A stretch of DNA of 64,000 bases. Origin: Candidatus Nanopelagicales bacterium. GTDB lineage: Bacteria; Actinomycetota; Actinomycetes; S36-B12. The notes below the pieces were generated by a model. The model was not told where the DNA came from and searched no databases. It saw nothing but the letters and a program-made list of their open reading frames with translations. The stretch lies in the NCBI GenBank assembly GCA_040398845.1, contig JBBATH010000004.1, forward strand, positions 146,981-210,980, given 5' to 3'. The translations under genes were made by a program, and so were the position numbers. Below are positions 8,977-18,276 of this stretch, piece by piece; positions within the stretch are counted from its first letter, which is position 1; each line of letters starts with the position of its first letter.

Positions 8977-10105
8977 CGCCGCCGCGCAAACGTTCGACGA
9001 CGAGGTCGTGCGGAAGGGCCGGGCTCACGTGACCCAAGCGCCCGACCATGGTCGTATTGCTCACGAGGGCATTGAGCACCGCCTCCTCGACCGCATGGAC
9101 AGTCGCCGAATAGAAGCCGTCCATGCGATTCCACGGAACGAGACTCATCGAGCGCAACCGGGCGTTCGCGGCGGGCTCGCTAGGAAAGCCGCTATCGAGC
9201 GCACCGGGATTACCGGTGGAGAAGGCGAGGAAGATGTCGCCGCTGAAATGGCCACCTGTTGTCCCAGTTCGCGCAAGTCCCAACGGGACGCGGCGAGCCA
9301 GGGCCTCACACTGCTGGGGGATCATCGGGGCGTCCGTCGCGATAACAGCGATCACCGATCCCGCTCCGGCGACCGGGTGCTTGTCTCGCTGTAGCCAGCC
9401 TGAGGATCCCATGGGGAAGGGCACGTCGAGGTCGCCCATCGGCACGCCGTTGATGACGAGTTCGCTGCGGTCGCCGAAGTTGGCCTGGAGGAACACAGCG
9501 ACCGTGTAGGTCTCGCCGCCGAGTTCGACGAGGCGTGAAGCGGTGCCGTTGCCGCCCTTGAACCCGTAGCAGTTCATGCCCGTGCCACCGCCGGACGAGC
9601 CCTCCATGACCGGCCCGGTCGTGGCCGAGTCAATTGCCTCACCTGCGTGCTCGGGCTGCACGAAGGGCTCGTTGATGCTGTTGAGGTAGCCGTCCCACGT
9701 TTCGGCCACGACCGGCAGCAGCCATTCAGCTGCGTGCTCCGGTCGGTTGCGTGCCATCCATTCGATGACCCCTCGATGCACGGTGCCGACGGCATGGGTG
9801 TTCGTGATCATCACCGGACCCGTGAGCGCGCCGGTCTCGCGGATCCAGTGGCACCCGGTCATCTCGCCATTTCCGTTGAGCGAGTTGATCGCTGACGGGA
9901 CAGAGGTCGTGATTCCGTCGCGGCCGAGTGGCAGGATCGCCGTCACCCCGGTGCGCGAGCAGACCGGCGCGACTGATCCGGAGCCGTCCGCTGAGCCGCC
10001 CTCGACAAGCGTGACCATGCCCACCTCGACGCCCGTCACGTCGGTGATGGCGTTCAACAGGCCCGGAGTGCCGTCGAACCTGATGCCAAGATCCCGTGCC
10101 CGCAT
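8963..10105 (-). CDS. P1 family (S58, DmpA-like) aminopeptidase
   Basis: ORF 8963..10120. N-terminus MRARDLGIRFDGTPGLLNAITDVTGVEVG and the overall DmpA/BapA-like sequence. ATG 10105 is preferred because GAGGGA lies 7 nt upstream. Confidence 0.85.
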   Translation of the reverse strand: MRARDLGIRFDGTPGLLNAITDVTGVEVGMVTLVEGGSADGSGSVAPVCSRTGVTAILPLGRDGITTSVPSAINSLNGNGEMTGCHWIRETGALTGPVMITNTHAVGTVHRGVIEWMARNRPEHAAEWLLPVVAETWDGYLNSINEPFVQPEHAGEAIDSATTGPVMEGSSGGGTGMNCYGFKGGNGTASRLVELGGETYTVAVFLQANFGDRSELVINGVPMGDLDVPFPMGSSGWLQRDKHPVAGAGSVIAVIATDAPMIPQQCEALARRVPLGLARTGTTGGHFSGDIFLAFSTGNPGALDSGFPSEPAANARLRSMSLVPWNRMDGFYSATVHAVEEAVLNALVSNTTMVGRLGHVSPALPHDLVVERLRGGVSRV

Positions 10106-10190
10106 ACGCAAATCCCTCACTCACCCTGCGTGTCACTCACCCTGCGGCAAGACTCTTGTAACGTGTATCGCATCACCTTACACTCGACCC

Positions 10191-10469
10191 GTGATCGTGG
10201 GCTTCCGGCACAAGGGGTTGCAGGCGCTGTACGAACGCGACTCCATCAAAGGGGTGCAAGTTGCTCACGCGCCGAAGTTGCGGCGCATTTTGTCTGCGCT
10301 CGACGTCGCCCAGGGGCCGCGGGATCTGGACATTCCTGGTTTCCAGATCCACCCGTTGTCCGGCAGGCTCGCCGATCACTGGTCAGTGTGGGTGAACGGC
10401 AACTGGCGGGTCACCGCTCGATTCATCGATGGTGACGTTGAGCTCGTCGATTATCAGGACTACCACTGA
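10191..10469 (+). CDS. higB: type II toxin HigB (RelE/ParE superfamily, plasmid maintenance killer type)
   Basis: C-terminal 92 codons of ORF 9747..10469, starting from in-frame GTG 10191: VIVGFRHKGLQALYERDSIKGVQVAHAPKLRRILSALD...HPLSGRLADHWSVWVNGNWRVTARF..VDYQDYH. This is the classic HigB signature. Confidence 0.85.
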   Translation: MIVGFRHKGLQALYERDSIKGVQVAHAPKLRRILSALDVAQGPRDLDIPGFQIHPLSGRLADHWSVWVNGNWRVTARFIDGDVELVDYQDYH

Positions 10470-10474
10470 GGAGT

Positions 10475-10765
10475 GTGGAAAGCATGAAGAATCCCGTGCA
10501 CCCGGGCGCCATCCTGCGGGAAGACGTCCTTGGCGAACTCGGAGTGTCGGTTTCCGATGCTGCTGAGCGTCTTGGGGTCTCCCGTGTGACGTTGAGCCGA
10601 GTGATCAACGAGCACGCACGGATCTCGCCCAACCTCGCCCTGCGTCTGGAGGCCGCTGGAATCAGCACTGCTCGAGCGTGGCTCGCCATGCAGAGCGCGT
10701 GCGACTTGGCCAAGGAGCGCGCTGCAGGAATGCCCAAGGTTCGCAAGTTCAGCACCGTCGCTTAG
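10475..10765 (+). CDS. higA: HigA antitoxin (XRE-type HTH)
   Basis: MKNPVHPGAILREDVLGELGVSVSDAAERLGVSRVTLSRVINEHARISPNLALRLE. Lies immediately downstream of higB. The start could instead be ATG 10484. Confidence 0.85.
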   Translation: MESMKNPVHPGAILREDVLGELGVSVSDAAERLGVSRVTLSRVINEHARISPNLALRLEAAGISTARAWLAMQSACDLAKERAAGMPKVRKFSTVA

Positions 10766-10857
10766 GAGACAGCTGATTTGGCCTGAATCCACCGGGAACC
10801 AGTTCGCAGATCGCCCTGAACCACGGCGCGTCGTGGACAAGATCAAGGGCGAGCGAA

Positions 10858-12153
10858 CTACCACTCCCAGAGGGCCGAGATGGGCAGCCCCCACAGCCGC
10901 TCGGAATGCTGATGGCCTGCCTCACCCGTGCCCAGGACGATCCCACCCGCGAAGCGGGACCCCAAACGCTCCGCGAACGAGCGCAGCCCCGCGAAGTGCT
11001 CGCCCCTGAATGAGGATGCCGCATTCACCTCGATGCCGATGACTCGGCCGTCGTCGAGTTCGACGACGAGATCGACTTCGAGGCCATTTCGATCTCGGTA
11101 GTGGGAGAGGGCATACGAGGTCTCGCTCCACCCTGCTTGCTTCATCAATTCGGAGACGACGAATCCCTCAAGCAGCGGGCCCAGATGGTCCCCGCCGACC
11201 AGGGGCTCAAGTTGGCCGGCCGACATGCGGGCCAGTCTCATGGCGACCGCCGAATCCAAGACGATGGACTTGTGTCGCCCGATCTCACGTCTGGTGAGGT
11301 TGGGGGTCCACGGCGGTAGCGCTGAGACTAGGAAGATGGCGGCGGCGACATCAAGGTAGGTCGAGATCGAGGTTGCCGGGATGCCTGACTGCTCAGCGAG
11401 ACGGCCCTTCACCAACTCACCGGACTGATTGGCCGCCAGTAGGCGCAGGACAGCCCGAAGACGCGCAGGTTGCACCTGGCGGTAGACAGAGGCCGCATCC
11501 CGTTTAATGATGCGCGCAAGATAGCCGCCCAACCAGACTGTTCGCATTCGGCCTTCGAGCCCCTGAACCGCAGGGTAGGCACCTCGAGCCAGCATGCCAA
11601 CGTAGTCCTGCCGACGCCAGGTCGTCCTGAATGCTGCCGGAGTGCCGTCATCCAGGATGCGCGTGACGAAGTCGTCGCTTCGCCCGACCATTTCGCCTTG
11701 GCTCAGCCCGTGCACGTGAATGGTTGCTCCTCGGCCAGCAAGGCTGTCTGCTGTCCCGGGGACCTTGAGCAGGTCGGTCGAACCCGTGAGGATGAACCGG
11801 CCCGGGCGCCGATCCCGATCAATAGCCGCCTTGATCGGCAGGACAATCTCTGGCACTCGCTGGACTTCGTCCAAGACCAGAGCCTTGCCCGGGAACTGGG
11901 CGACGAATGCGTCGGGGTCGGCTCGCACTGCATCCCTCGTTGCAGCATCATCGAAGGTGAAGTGCTCCGCTGCCAACCCCTGGGTGAGCATCCCCGCGAA
12001 CGTGCTCTTTCCTACCTGCCGTGCGCCCTGAATTACCACCGCGGGGAAAGCGGCAATTGTCTCCCGCGCAAAGGGGAGGAGATGTCTCGTAGGTTTGCTT
12101 CTCAATTCTCGTAGATTTGCTGGCTGATTCTCGTAGGTTTGCTGGCCAAGCAT
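10858..12153 (-). CDS. AAA+ ATP-binding protein with DUF4143 domain (COG1373 type), paralog 1
   Basis: Walker A (VVIQGARQVGKSTFAG), Walker B (LVLDEVQRVPE), RFILTGS motif and a DUF4143-like C-terminal half. The true start is probably downstream of the annotated ATG, for example TTG 12105, because three 22-nt-phased DNA repeats occupy 12084-12142. Confidence 0.8.
   Translation of the reverse strand: MLGQQTYENQPANLRELRSKPTRHLLPFARETIAAFPAVVIQGARQVGKSTFAGMLTQGLAAEHFTFDDAATRDAVRADPDAFVAQFPGKALVLDEVQRVPEIVLPIKAAIDRDRRPGRFILTGSTDLLKVPGTADSLAGRGATIHVHGLSQGEMVGRSDDFVTRILDDGTPAAFRTTWRRQDYVGMLARGAYPAVQGLEGRMRTVWLGGYLARIIKRDAASVYRQVQPARLRAVLRLLAANQSGELVKGRLAEQSGIPATSISTYLDVAAAIFLVSALPPWTPNLTRREIGRHKSIVLDSAVAMRLARMSAGQLEPLVGGDHLGPLLEGFVVSELMKQAGWSETSYALSHYRDRNGLEVDLVVELDDGRVIGIEVNAASSFRGEHFAGLRSFAERLGSRFAGGIVLGTGEAGHQHSERLWGLPISALWEW
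12084..12142 (-). repeat. three direct repeats GCAAAYCTACGAGA with exact 22-nt phasing at the 5' end of DUF4143 gene 1
   Basis: Plus-strand copies are gtctcgtaggtttgc (12084), ttctcgtagatttgc (12106) and ttctcgtaggtttgc (12128). The 22-nt period is not a multiple of 3, so this is not a peptide repeat. Confidence 0.7.
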
Positions 12154-12261
12154 CGGCCGTCACGACGGAGCGAGTAGCGCGCCGGCGGCCAAGGGTAAAC
12201 TCGTCGATGCGTCGCCAACGGGCATGCATAGTGAAAGCGGCACGCGGAGGAAAGTCCGGTC

Positions 12262-13902
12262 ATGTCAGATTCGCCTTCGTCAGATTCAAGTGTGACCGAA
12301 CAGGCCCCCGCACCTAGGCGCACCGCCTCCGATGCCGGTCGCGAGGCGAGCAAACGGCGGACCTTCGCGGTCATCAGCCACCCAGACGCCGGCAAGTCGA
12401 CACTCACCGAAGCCCTCTCGCTCCACGCCCACGCCATTTCCGAGGCCGGCGCCATCCACGGCAAGGCTGGTCGCCGCGGCACGGTCTCCGACTGGATGGA
12501 CATGGAGAAGGCTCGCGGTATCTCCATCAGCTCCTCCGCCCTGCAGTTCCCCTACGGCGACGCCATCTTCAATCTCGTCGACACTCCTGGGCACGCTGAC
12601 TTCTCCGAGGACACCTACCGGGTGCTGTCTGCGGTCGACAGCGCCGTCATGCTCATCGACGCGGCCAAGGGCCTCGAGCCACAGACGATGAAGCTCTTTG
12701 ACGTGTGCAAGGCGCGCGGCCTGCCGATCATCACCGTCATCAATAAGTGGGATCGACCCGGCTTGGACCCGCTCGCACTCATGGACGAGATCCACAAGCG
12801 CACCGGCCTCATCCCTACGCCGCTCACGTGGCCCGTCGGGGTTGCGGGCGACTTCCGCGGAGTCCTCGACCGTCGAACCGGTGGCTTCATCAGGTTCACC
12901 CGCACCGCCGGCGGCGCGAAGCTGGCGCCCGAGGAGTACCTCGATCCCGCTGCTGCCCTCGAACTCGAGGGTGCGGCGTGGGCATCAGCGGTCGAGGAGC
13001 ACGAATTGCTCGAGCTCGATGAGGCCCAGCACGATCAGGAGACCTTCCTCGCGGGGCGCACCACGCCCGTCCTGTTCGCCGCTGCAGTCCTGAACTTCGG
13101 TGTCGGCCAGCTGCTCGATGTGCTGCACGACCTCGCCCCATCACCCACCTCGCGCCCCGACTCAGCCGGATCGGCCCGTGACATCGATGCCGCCTTCAGT
13201 GCACAGGTGTTCAAGGTGCAGGCCGGCATGGATACGTCCCATCGCGATCGACTCGCCTTCGCTCGTGTCTGCTCCGGCGTCTTCGTCCGGGGTGAGGTCA
13301 TCACCCACGAGCCGAGCGGACGAGGCTTCGCGACGAAGTACGTCCACACGGTGTTCGGCCGGCAGCGCGAGACCGTCGACGTCGCCTACCCAGGCGATGT
13401 CATTGGCTTGGTGAACGCAAGTGCCCTGAGAGCCGGCGACACCCTGTATGCCGGCAAGAAGGTGCAGTTTCCGCCGCTGCCGCTCTTCGCCCCCGAGCAC
13501 TTCGCGGTCATGCGTGCCAAGGACCCGAGTCGCTACAAGCAATTCCGCAAGGGGGTCGAGCAGCTCGACCAGGAGGGCGTCGTGCAGATCCTGCGCTCCG
13601 ATCTGCGCGGTGATCAGGCGCCGATCCTCGCCGCTGTTGGCCCGATGCAGTTCGAAGTCGCGACGCATCGTCTCGAGCATGAGTTCTCGACCCCCGTCCA
13701 CCTCGACTTCCTCGAATACAACCTTGCCCGACGTACCACCGCCGCCGATGCTCCAGAACTCGCCGCGAAACGCGATGTTGAGGTGCTGCAGCGCACCGAC
13801 GGCGTGTACCTCGCACTGTTCAAGGGGCCGTGGCACCTCAAGCGCATCGAGCAGGATCTGCCCAATGCAATGCTCGAGCCGCTCGTCGCCGGCACCGACT
13901 GA
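12262..13902 (+). CDS. prfC: peptide chain release factor 3
   Basis: Translational GTPase motifs (AVISHPDAGKSTLTE, DWMDMEKARGISI, VDTPGHADF, INKWDR) and full-length RF3-like colinearity. Confidence 0.93.
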   Translation: MSDSPSSDSSVTEQAPAPRRTASDAGREASKRRTFAVISHPDAGKSTLTEALSLHAHAISEAGAIHGKAGRRGTVSDWMDMEKARGISISSSALQFPYGDAIFNLVDTPGHADFSEDTYRVLSAVDSAVMLIDAAKGLEPQTMKLFDVCKARGLPIITVINKWDRPGLDPLALMDEIHKRTGLIPTPLTWPVGVAGDFRGVLDRRTGGFIRFTRTAGGAKLAPEEYLDPAAALELEGAAWASAVEEHELLELDEAQHDQETFLAGRTTPVLFAAAVLNFGVGQLLDVLHDLAPSPTSRPDSAGSARDIDAAFSAQVFKVQAGMDTSHRDRLAFARVCSGVFVRGEVITHEPSGRGFATKYVHTVFGRQRETVDVAYPGDVIGLVNASALRAGDTLYAGKKVQFPPLPLFAPEHFAVMRAKDPSRYKQFRKGVEQLDQEGVVQILRSDLRGDQAPILAAVGPMQFEVATHRLEHEFSTPVHLDFLEYNLARRTTAADAPELAAKRDVEVLQRTDGVYLALFKGPWHLKRIEQDLPNAMLEPLVAGTD

Positions 13903-13952
13903 CGAAAGCCCGCCGCACTGTCCTTGAACATTCTGGTGATTCGTCCCAACCT

Positions 13953-13972
13953 ATGACTATAATTCGGGTCAT
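13953..13972 (+). promoter_or_regulatory. candidate leaderless promoter/operator of phd-relE module 1
   Basis: Perfect TATAAT at 13958-13963, 7 nt before ATG 13971. It is embedded in the inverted repeat ATGAC(13953-57)...GTCAT(13968-72). Confidence 0.4.
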
Positions 13973-14237
13973 GATGACGACCTCGCTGGCCACCGTCAAA
14001 GCGCGACTCTCGGCGTTCGTGGATTCCGTTGAGGGGACTCATGAACGCATCGTGATTACGCGCAACGGCGAACCCGCAGCAGTGCTCATCTCGCCGGAGG
14101 ATCTTGAGTCGCTAGAGGAGACCATTGCGCTCCTATCCGATCCCGAGGCCATGGCGGAGATCGACGAGGCGCGAAGTGGGATAGCCAAGGGTGACGTGGT
14201 GGACGTGGCCGCGGTGAGGATGCGTCCGAGGACCTGA
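13971..14237 (+). CDS. Phd/YefM family antitoxin
   Basis: In-frame ATG within ORF 13830..14237: MMTTSLATVKARLSAFVDSVEGTHERIVITRNGEPAAVLISPEDLESLEETIALLSD. Confidence 0.88.
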   Translation: MMTTSLATVKARLSAFVDSVEGTHERIVITRNGEPAAVLISPEDLESLEETIALLSDPEAMAEIDEARSGIAKGDVVDVAAVRMRPRT

Positions 14238-14497
14238 TGTTCCGAATCCTGCTGTCAGGACCCGCCCGTCGCGCGCTTGAGCACTCACTACCTGAGGGTA
14301 TAGCGGCGGCCGCATGGGAGTTCATCAATGGGCCCCTCGCAGCGAATCCACATCGCGTGGGCAGGCCACTCACCGGACAGCTCAGCGGCATGTGGTCGGC
14401 TCGCCGGGGGGACTATCGAGTCGTGTACGTCATTGACTACGACATCATTACAGTGACCGTTTTGCGTTTGGGGCACCGGCGCGACGCCTACCGATAA
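14237..14497 (+). CDS. RelE/ParE family toxin
   Basis: 86 aa with the motif ..LTGQLSGMWSARRGDYRVVYVIDYDIITVTVLRLGHRRDAY. Its start overlaps the antitoxin stop (TGATG). Confidence 0.88.
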   Translation: MFRILLSGPARRALEHSLPEGIAAAAWEFINGPLAANPHRVGRPLTGQLSGMWSARRGDYRVVYVIDYDIITVTVLRLGHRRDAYR

Positions 14498-14542
14498 GCG
14501 CACGCCCACCGGACAATTCGCTTCCCCAAGTAGGGTCACGGT

Positions 14543-16738
14543 ATGAGAGCGAAGCTGATCGTCACCGCAGGAGTCGTCATCGCCATGCTTCCCGGATTGA
14601 TGGTGCCGGCCTTGGCCGGGGGGCCAGCCCCGTCCGCCTCGGCGACCTCACCGACCGTTTACCGGTACCCGGCCGCCGCGACAACCGCCTACGTCGACAC
14701 CTACTTCGGCACGAACGTCGCGGACCCCTATCACTATCTCGAAAGCCCCACCGATCCAAGGACGAAGCGCTGGGTTGCCGCGGAGGCATCACTGGCCCGT
14801 CGCTATCTCGACTCAATGCCAAGCCTGGCCTCGCGCACCGAGCAGGTGAAGGGGCTGTGGAACTACACCCGGTTCACGTCGCCGGAGCAATACGCCAATC
14901 GACTCTTCTGGACCGAGAGTGATGGGGTTCGCGCTCAGCCCGTCGTCTACTGGTCCGAGGGCGCCAGCGGAATTCGCCGCGTGGCCATCGACCCCAATGC
15001 ATTGTCCTCCGACGGCACGGTGTCGATCGGCTTCATGAATGTGAGCCCGGATGGCCGGCTCATCGCCTACGGCGCGTCGGACGGTGGATCCGACTGGCGG
15101 ACGATCCACGTGCGCAACGTCGACACCGGCCAGGATCTGCCTGACGTCATCACGTGGGCGAAGTTCACTGCAGCCTCGTGGTCTCCCGACAGTTCAGGCT
15201 TCACGTACTCCAGCTACCCCGAGCCCGCGAATCCGCTCGAGCAGTCGAACTCGAATATGCGCGCCTACTTCCACAAACTGGGCACCACACAGGCTGATGA
15301 CCGCGTTGTCTACGCCGACCCAGCCCATCCCGAGGTGAGGACGTATGCCTTCATCCCCTCGGGAGACGTGCGCCGCTGGATCAGCCTGTCCACGTTGAGC
15401 GGCGAGAACCAGCTCTCCTACCAATCCCTGGCCGCGGTTGACTCGCCCATCACACCCCTCATCGACACAACCGGAACATCGTCAAGCCCGTTGCACGATG
15501 ACGGCAACTACACATGGATCCTCACAAACATCGATGCCCCCAACTACCGAGTGGTGCGGATCGACCTGCGAGCCCCGGCCCGGGAAAACTGGGTTGATGT
15601 CGTGCCCGAACAGCCCGACGTCATCGACTCGGTCACCGTCTCCGGAACGAACCTCGTGGTCTCGACGCTCCATGACGTGACCTCGCGGGTTCGCATCATC
15701 GGCCTCAACGGAGTCGCCGGGCCGACGGTCGAGCTTCCAGGTCTCGGCGGGGCCAGCAACTTCAAGGGAAGCGACACGAGCACCACCCTCTACTACCGTT
15801 TCGACTCGTTCACCTCGCCTTCGCCCGTCATGGCCCTCGACACGCGCACCGGCAAATCGACCATATGGAAGGTGGCCGAGGTCGGGTTCGACCCGTCACG
15901 CTTCGTCACGAAGCAGGTCTTCGTGACGAGCAAGGACGGCACGAAGGTGCCTGCTTTCATCGTTCATCGCAAAGGTGTGCGCCTCAACGGCCTGAATCCC
16001 ACGCTGCTGTACGGATACGGCGGATTCAATATCTCAATGACCGCTGGCTATTCGCCCTACCGAATGGCTTGGCTCGAGCGGGGCGGTGTCTACGTCCACG
16101 CGAACCTTCGAGGCGGAGGCGAGTACGGGAAGGCGTGGCACGACGCCGGCACGAAGCTGCAAAAGCAGAATGTCTTTGACGACTTCATCGCCGTTGCCGA
16201 GTATCTCGTCGACAAGGAGTGGACGTCGCCGGCGCGGCTCGCCATCGAGGGCGGCAGCAACGGAGGTCTCCTCGTCGGTGCTGCGATCACCCAGCGGCCC
16301 GAACTCTTCGGCGCGGCAATCCCGGCGGTCGGCGTGCTCGACATGCTCCGCTACCACCGGTTCACCATCGGTGCAGCGTGGGCGGGGGATTACGGGCGCA
16401 GCGACGACAGCCCAAAGATGTTCAAATACCTACTTGGCTATTCGCCCCTGCACAACGTCCGACCCGGCGTCGACTATCCCGCGACGCTCGTGATGACGGG
16501 AGAGCGCGACGACCGCGTCGTGCCGGCGCACAGCTTCAAGTTCGGTGCGACCCTGCAGGCTGACAATGCGAGTGATAACCCGATCATTGTCCGGGTCGAA
16601 ACCCGCGCCGGCCACGGCGCCGGGACCTCAACCGAACAGGCGATCGCCCAGACGGCCGACAAGCTGTCCTTCCTCGACGCCAATCTCGGCACCGCCCCCA
16701 TTGTCCCGAAGCCGGTCTTCCTGCCGCCCCGGCGATAG
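14543..16738 (+). CDS. prolyl oligopeptidase family (S9A) serine peptidase, secreted
   Basis: Signal peptide, a beta-propeller N-terminal half, and a catalytic region with LAIEGGSNGGLLVGAA, DDRVVPAHSFKF and RAGHGAG. Confidence 0.9.
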   Translation: MRAKLIVTAGVVIAMLPGLMVPALAGGPAPSASATSPTVYRYPAAATTAYVDTYFGTNVADPYHYLESPTDPRTKRWVAAEASLARRYLDSMPSLASRTEQVKGLWNYTRFTSPEQYANRLFWTESDGVRAQPVVYWSEGASGIRRVAIDPNALSSDGTVSIGFMNVSPDGRLIAYGASDGGSDWRTIHVRNVDTGQDLPDVITWAKFTAASWSPDSSGFTYSSYPEPANPLEQSNSNMRAYFHKLGTTQADDRVVYADPAHPEVRTYAFIPSGDVRRWISLSTLSGENQLSYQSLAAVDSPITPLIDTTGTSSSPLHDDGNYTWILTNIDAPNYRVVRIDLRAPARENWVDVVPEQPDVIDSVTVSGTNLVVSTLHDVTSRVRIIGLNGVAGPTVELPGLGGASNFKGSDTSTTLYYRFDSFTSPSPVMALDTRTGKSTIWKVAEVGFDPSRFVTKQVFVTSKDGTKVPAFIVHRKGVRLNGLNPTLLYGYGGFNISMTAGYSPYRMAWLERGGVYVHANLRGGGEYGKAWHDAGTKLQKQNVFDDFIAVAEYLVDKEWTSPARLAIEGGSNGGLLVGAAITQRPELFGAAIPAVGVLDMLRYHRFTIGAAWAGDYGRSDDSPKMFKYLLGYSPLHNVRPGVDYPATLVMTGERDDRVVPAHSFKFGATLQADNASDNPIIVRVETRAGHGAGTSTEQAIAQTADKLSFLDANLGTAPIVPKPVFLPPRR

Positions 16739-16767
16739 CCGGCTCACTCGATGCGGGCCCTGCCGAC

Positions 16768-17823
16768 TTAGCTAAAGAAGCGTCTCCGCAGCCATAGCGA
16801 CACGTACACGAGCGCAACGAGTGCCGGGACCTCGATCAGTGGGCCGATGACGCCGGTAAGTGCCTGCCCCGAGGTGACGCCCCAGACTCCGATGCTCACT
16901 GCGATGGCGAGCTCAAAGTTGTTGCCGCCAGCGGTGAATGCGAGGGTCGCGGTCTTCGGATATCCGAGGCCCGACTTCGCACCGAGGGCGAATGACACTC
17001 CCCACATGATCGCGAAGTAGGCGAGAAGTGGGATCGCGATCTGAACCACCGAGATCGGGTCGGAAATGATTGCATCGCCCTGAAGCGCGAACATGACGAC
17101 GATGGTGAAGAGCAGTCCGTACAGGGCGAAGGGCGCGATGTGCGGGATGAACGTGCCCTCGTACCAAGCCTTTCCCTTGGCCTTGAGCCCGATGCGCCGG
17201 GTGAAGTAGCCGGCCACGAGTGGGATGCCAAGGAAGATGAGCACCGCCTTGGTGATGTCCCAGGTTGAGAAGGTGACGTCCTGGGTATCGAGGCCGAGCC
17301 AGCCCGGGAGGATCTTCAGGTAGAAGGTGCCGAGCAGTGCGTAGGCGGCGATCTGGAAGACCGAGTTAATGGCGACGAGGAGGGCCCCGGCCTCGCTGTC
17401 GCCACAGGCGAGGTCATTCCAGATGAGCACCATCGCGATGCAGCGGGCAAGGCCGATGACAATGAGGCCGGTGCGCAGGGCGGGCTGGTCAACGAGGAAC
17501 ACCCAGGCGAGGGTGAACATGAGCGCCGGGCCGATCAGCCAGTTGAGGAGCAGCGACAGCCAGAGCAGCTTTCGGTCGCCAGTCACGTGGCCCATGTCCT
17601 CGTAGCGAACCTTCGCCAGAACTGGATACATCATGAGGAGCAGGCCGAGCGCGATCGGCAGTGACGTCTGGTCGACCTTGACGGAATCGAGGGCGCCCTG
17701 GACATCTGGCACTACCCGCCCGAGGATGAGGCCACCCGCCATTGCCGCGAGGATCCAGACCGGGAGAAAGCGGTCGAGCAATGAGAGCTTCGCGAGGACG
17801 GGGTCGCGAGTATCGGTCGTCAT
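16768..17823 (-). CDS. arsB: ACR3 family arsenite efflux transporter
   Basis: 351-aa polytopic protein. The N-terminus LSLLDRFLPVWILAAMAGGLILG is typical of ACR3. It is coupled to arsC (ATGA-type 4-nt overlap). Confidence 0.9.
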   Translation of the reverse strand: MTTDTRDPVLAKLSLLDRFLPVWILAAMAGGLILGRVVPDVQGALDSVKVDQTSLPIALGLLLMMYPVLAKVRYEDMGHVTGDRKLLWLSLLLNWLIGPALMFTLAWVFLVDQPALRTGLIVIGLARCIAMVLIWNDLACGDSEAGALLVAINSVFQIAAYALLGTFYLKILPGWLGLDTQDVTFSTWDITKAVLIFLGIPLVAGYFTRRIGLKAKGKAWYEGTFIPHIAPFALYGLLFTIVVMFALQGDAIISDPISVVQIAIPLLAYFAIMWGVSFALGAKSGLGYPKTATLAFTAGGNNFELAIAVSIGVWGVTSGQALTGVIGPLIEVPALVALVYVSLWLRRRFFS

Positions 17824-18266
17824 GCCGATGCTCCTGCAGGTGCGATCTCGGAGATGAGCGCCTCGATTCGCGCACGAATGTCATCGCGAATCGGACGGAC
17901 GGCCTCGACCCCCTGGCTGGCTGGGTCAGGGAGCTGCCAATCCTCGTAGCGCTTGCCGGGGAAGACTGGGCAGACATCGCCGCAGCCCATCGTGATAACG
18001 ACGTCGGATTCCTGCACCGCCTCAGTGGTGAGCACCTTCGGCACCTCAGCACCGATGTCGATGCCCTCCTCGAGCATCGCCTCGACGACGGCCGCGTTCA
18101 CCGAGTCGGCGGGAGCGGAGCCGGCCGAGCGCACCTCGACGCGGTCGCCGGCAAGGTGGGTGAGGTAGGCCGCTGCCATTTGGGAACGACCAGCGTTGTG
18201 GACGCAGACGAACAGCACGGATTTCTTGTCGAACACGGGATTGACTCCATCGAATCGGGTGGACAT
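17820..18266 (-). CDS. arsC: arsenate reductase, LMW-PTPase type
   Basis: VLFVCVHNAGRSQMAAAY P-loop (CX5R) and a downstream GCGDVCP cysteine pair. Confidence 0.9.
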   Translation of the reverse strand: MSTRFDGVNPVFDKKSVLFVCVHNAGRSQMAAAYLTHLAGDRVEVRSAGSAPADSVNAAVVEAMLEEGIDIGAEVPKVLTTEAVQESDVVITMGCGDVCPVFPGKRYEDWQLPDPASQGVEAVRPIRDDIRARIEALISEIAPAGASA

Positions 18267-18276
18267 GAGGCCGTGT

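Noticed and set aside
12084-12142. The phased direct repeats here and at 53186-53244 as a mini CRISPR array
   Set aside because: There are only three units of about 14-19 bp with 3-8 bp between them, far shorter than CRISPR repeats and spacers. No cas genes are present. Both sets sit exactly at the 5' end of paralogous genes, which points to a regulatory element.
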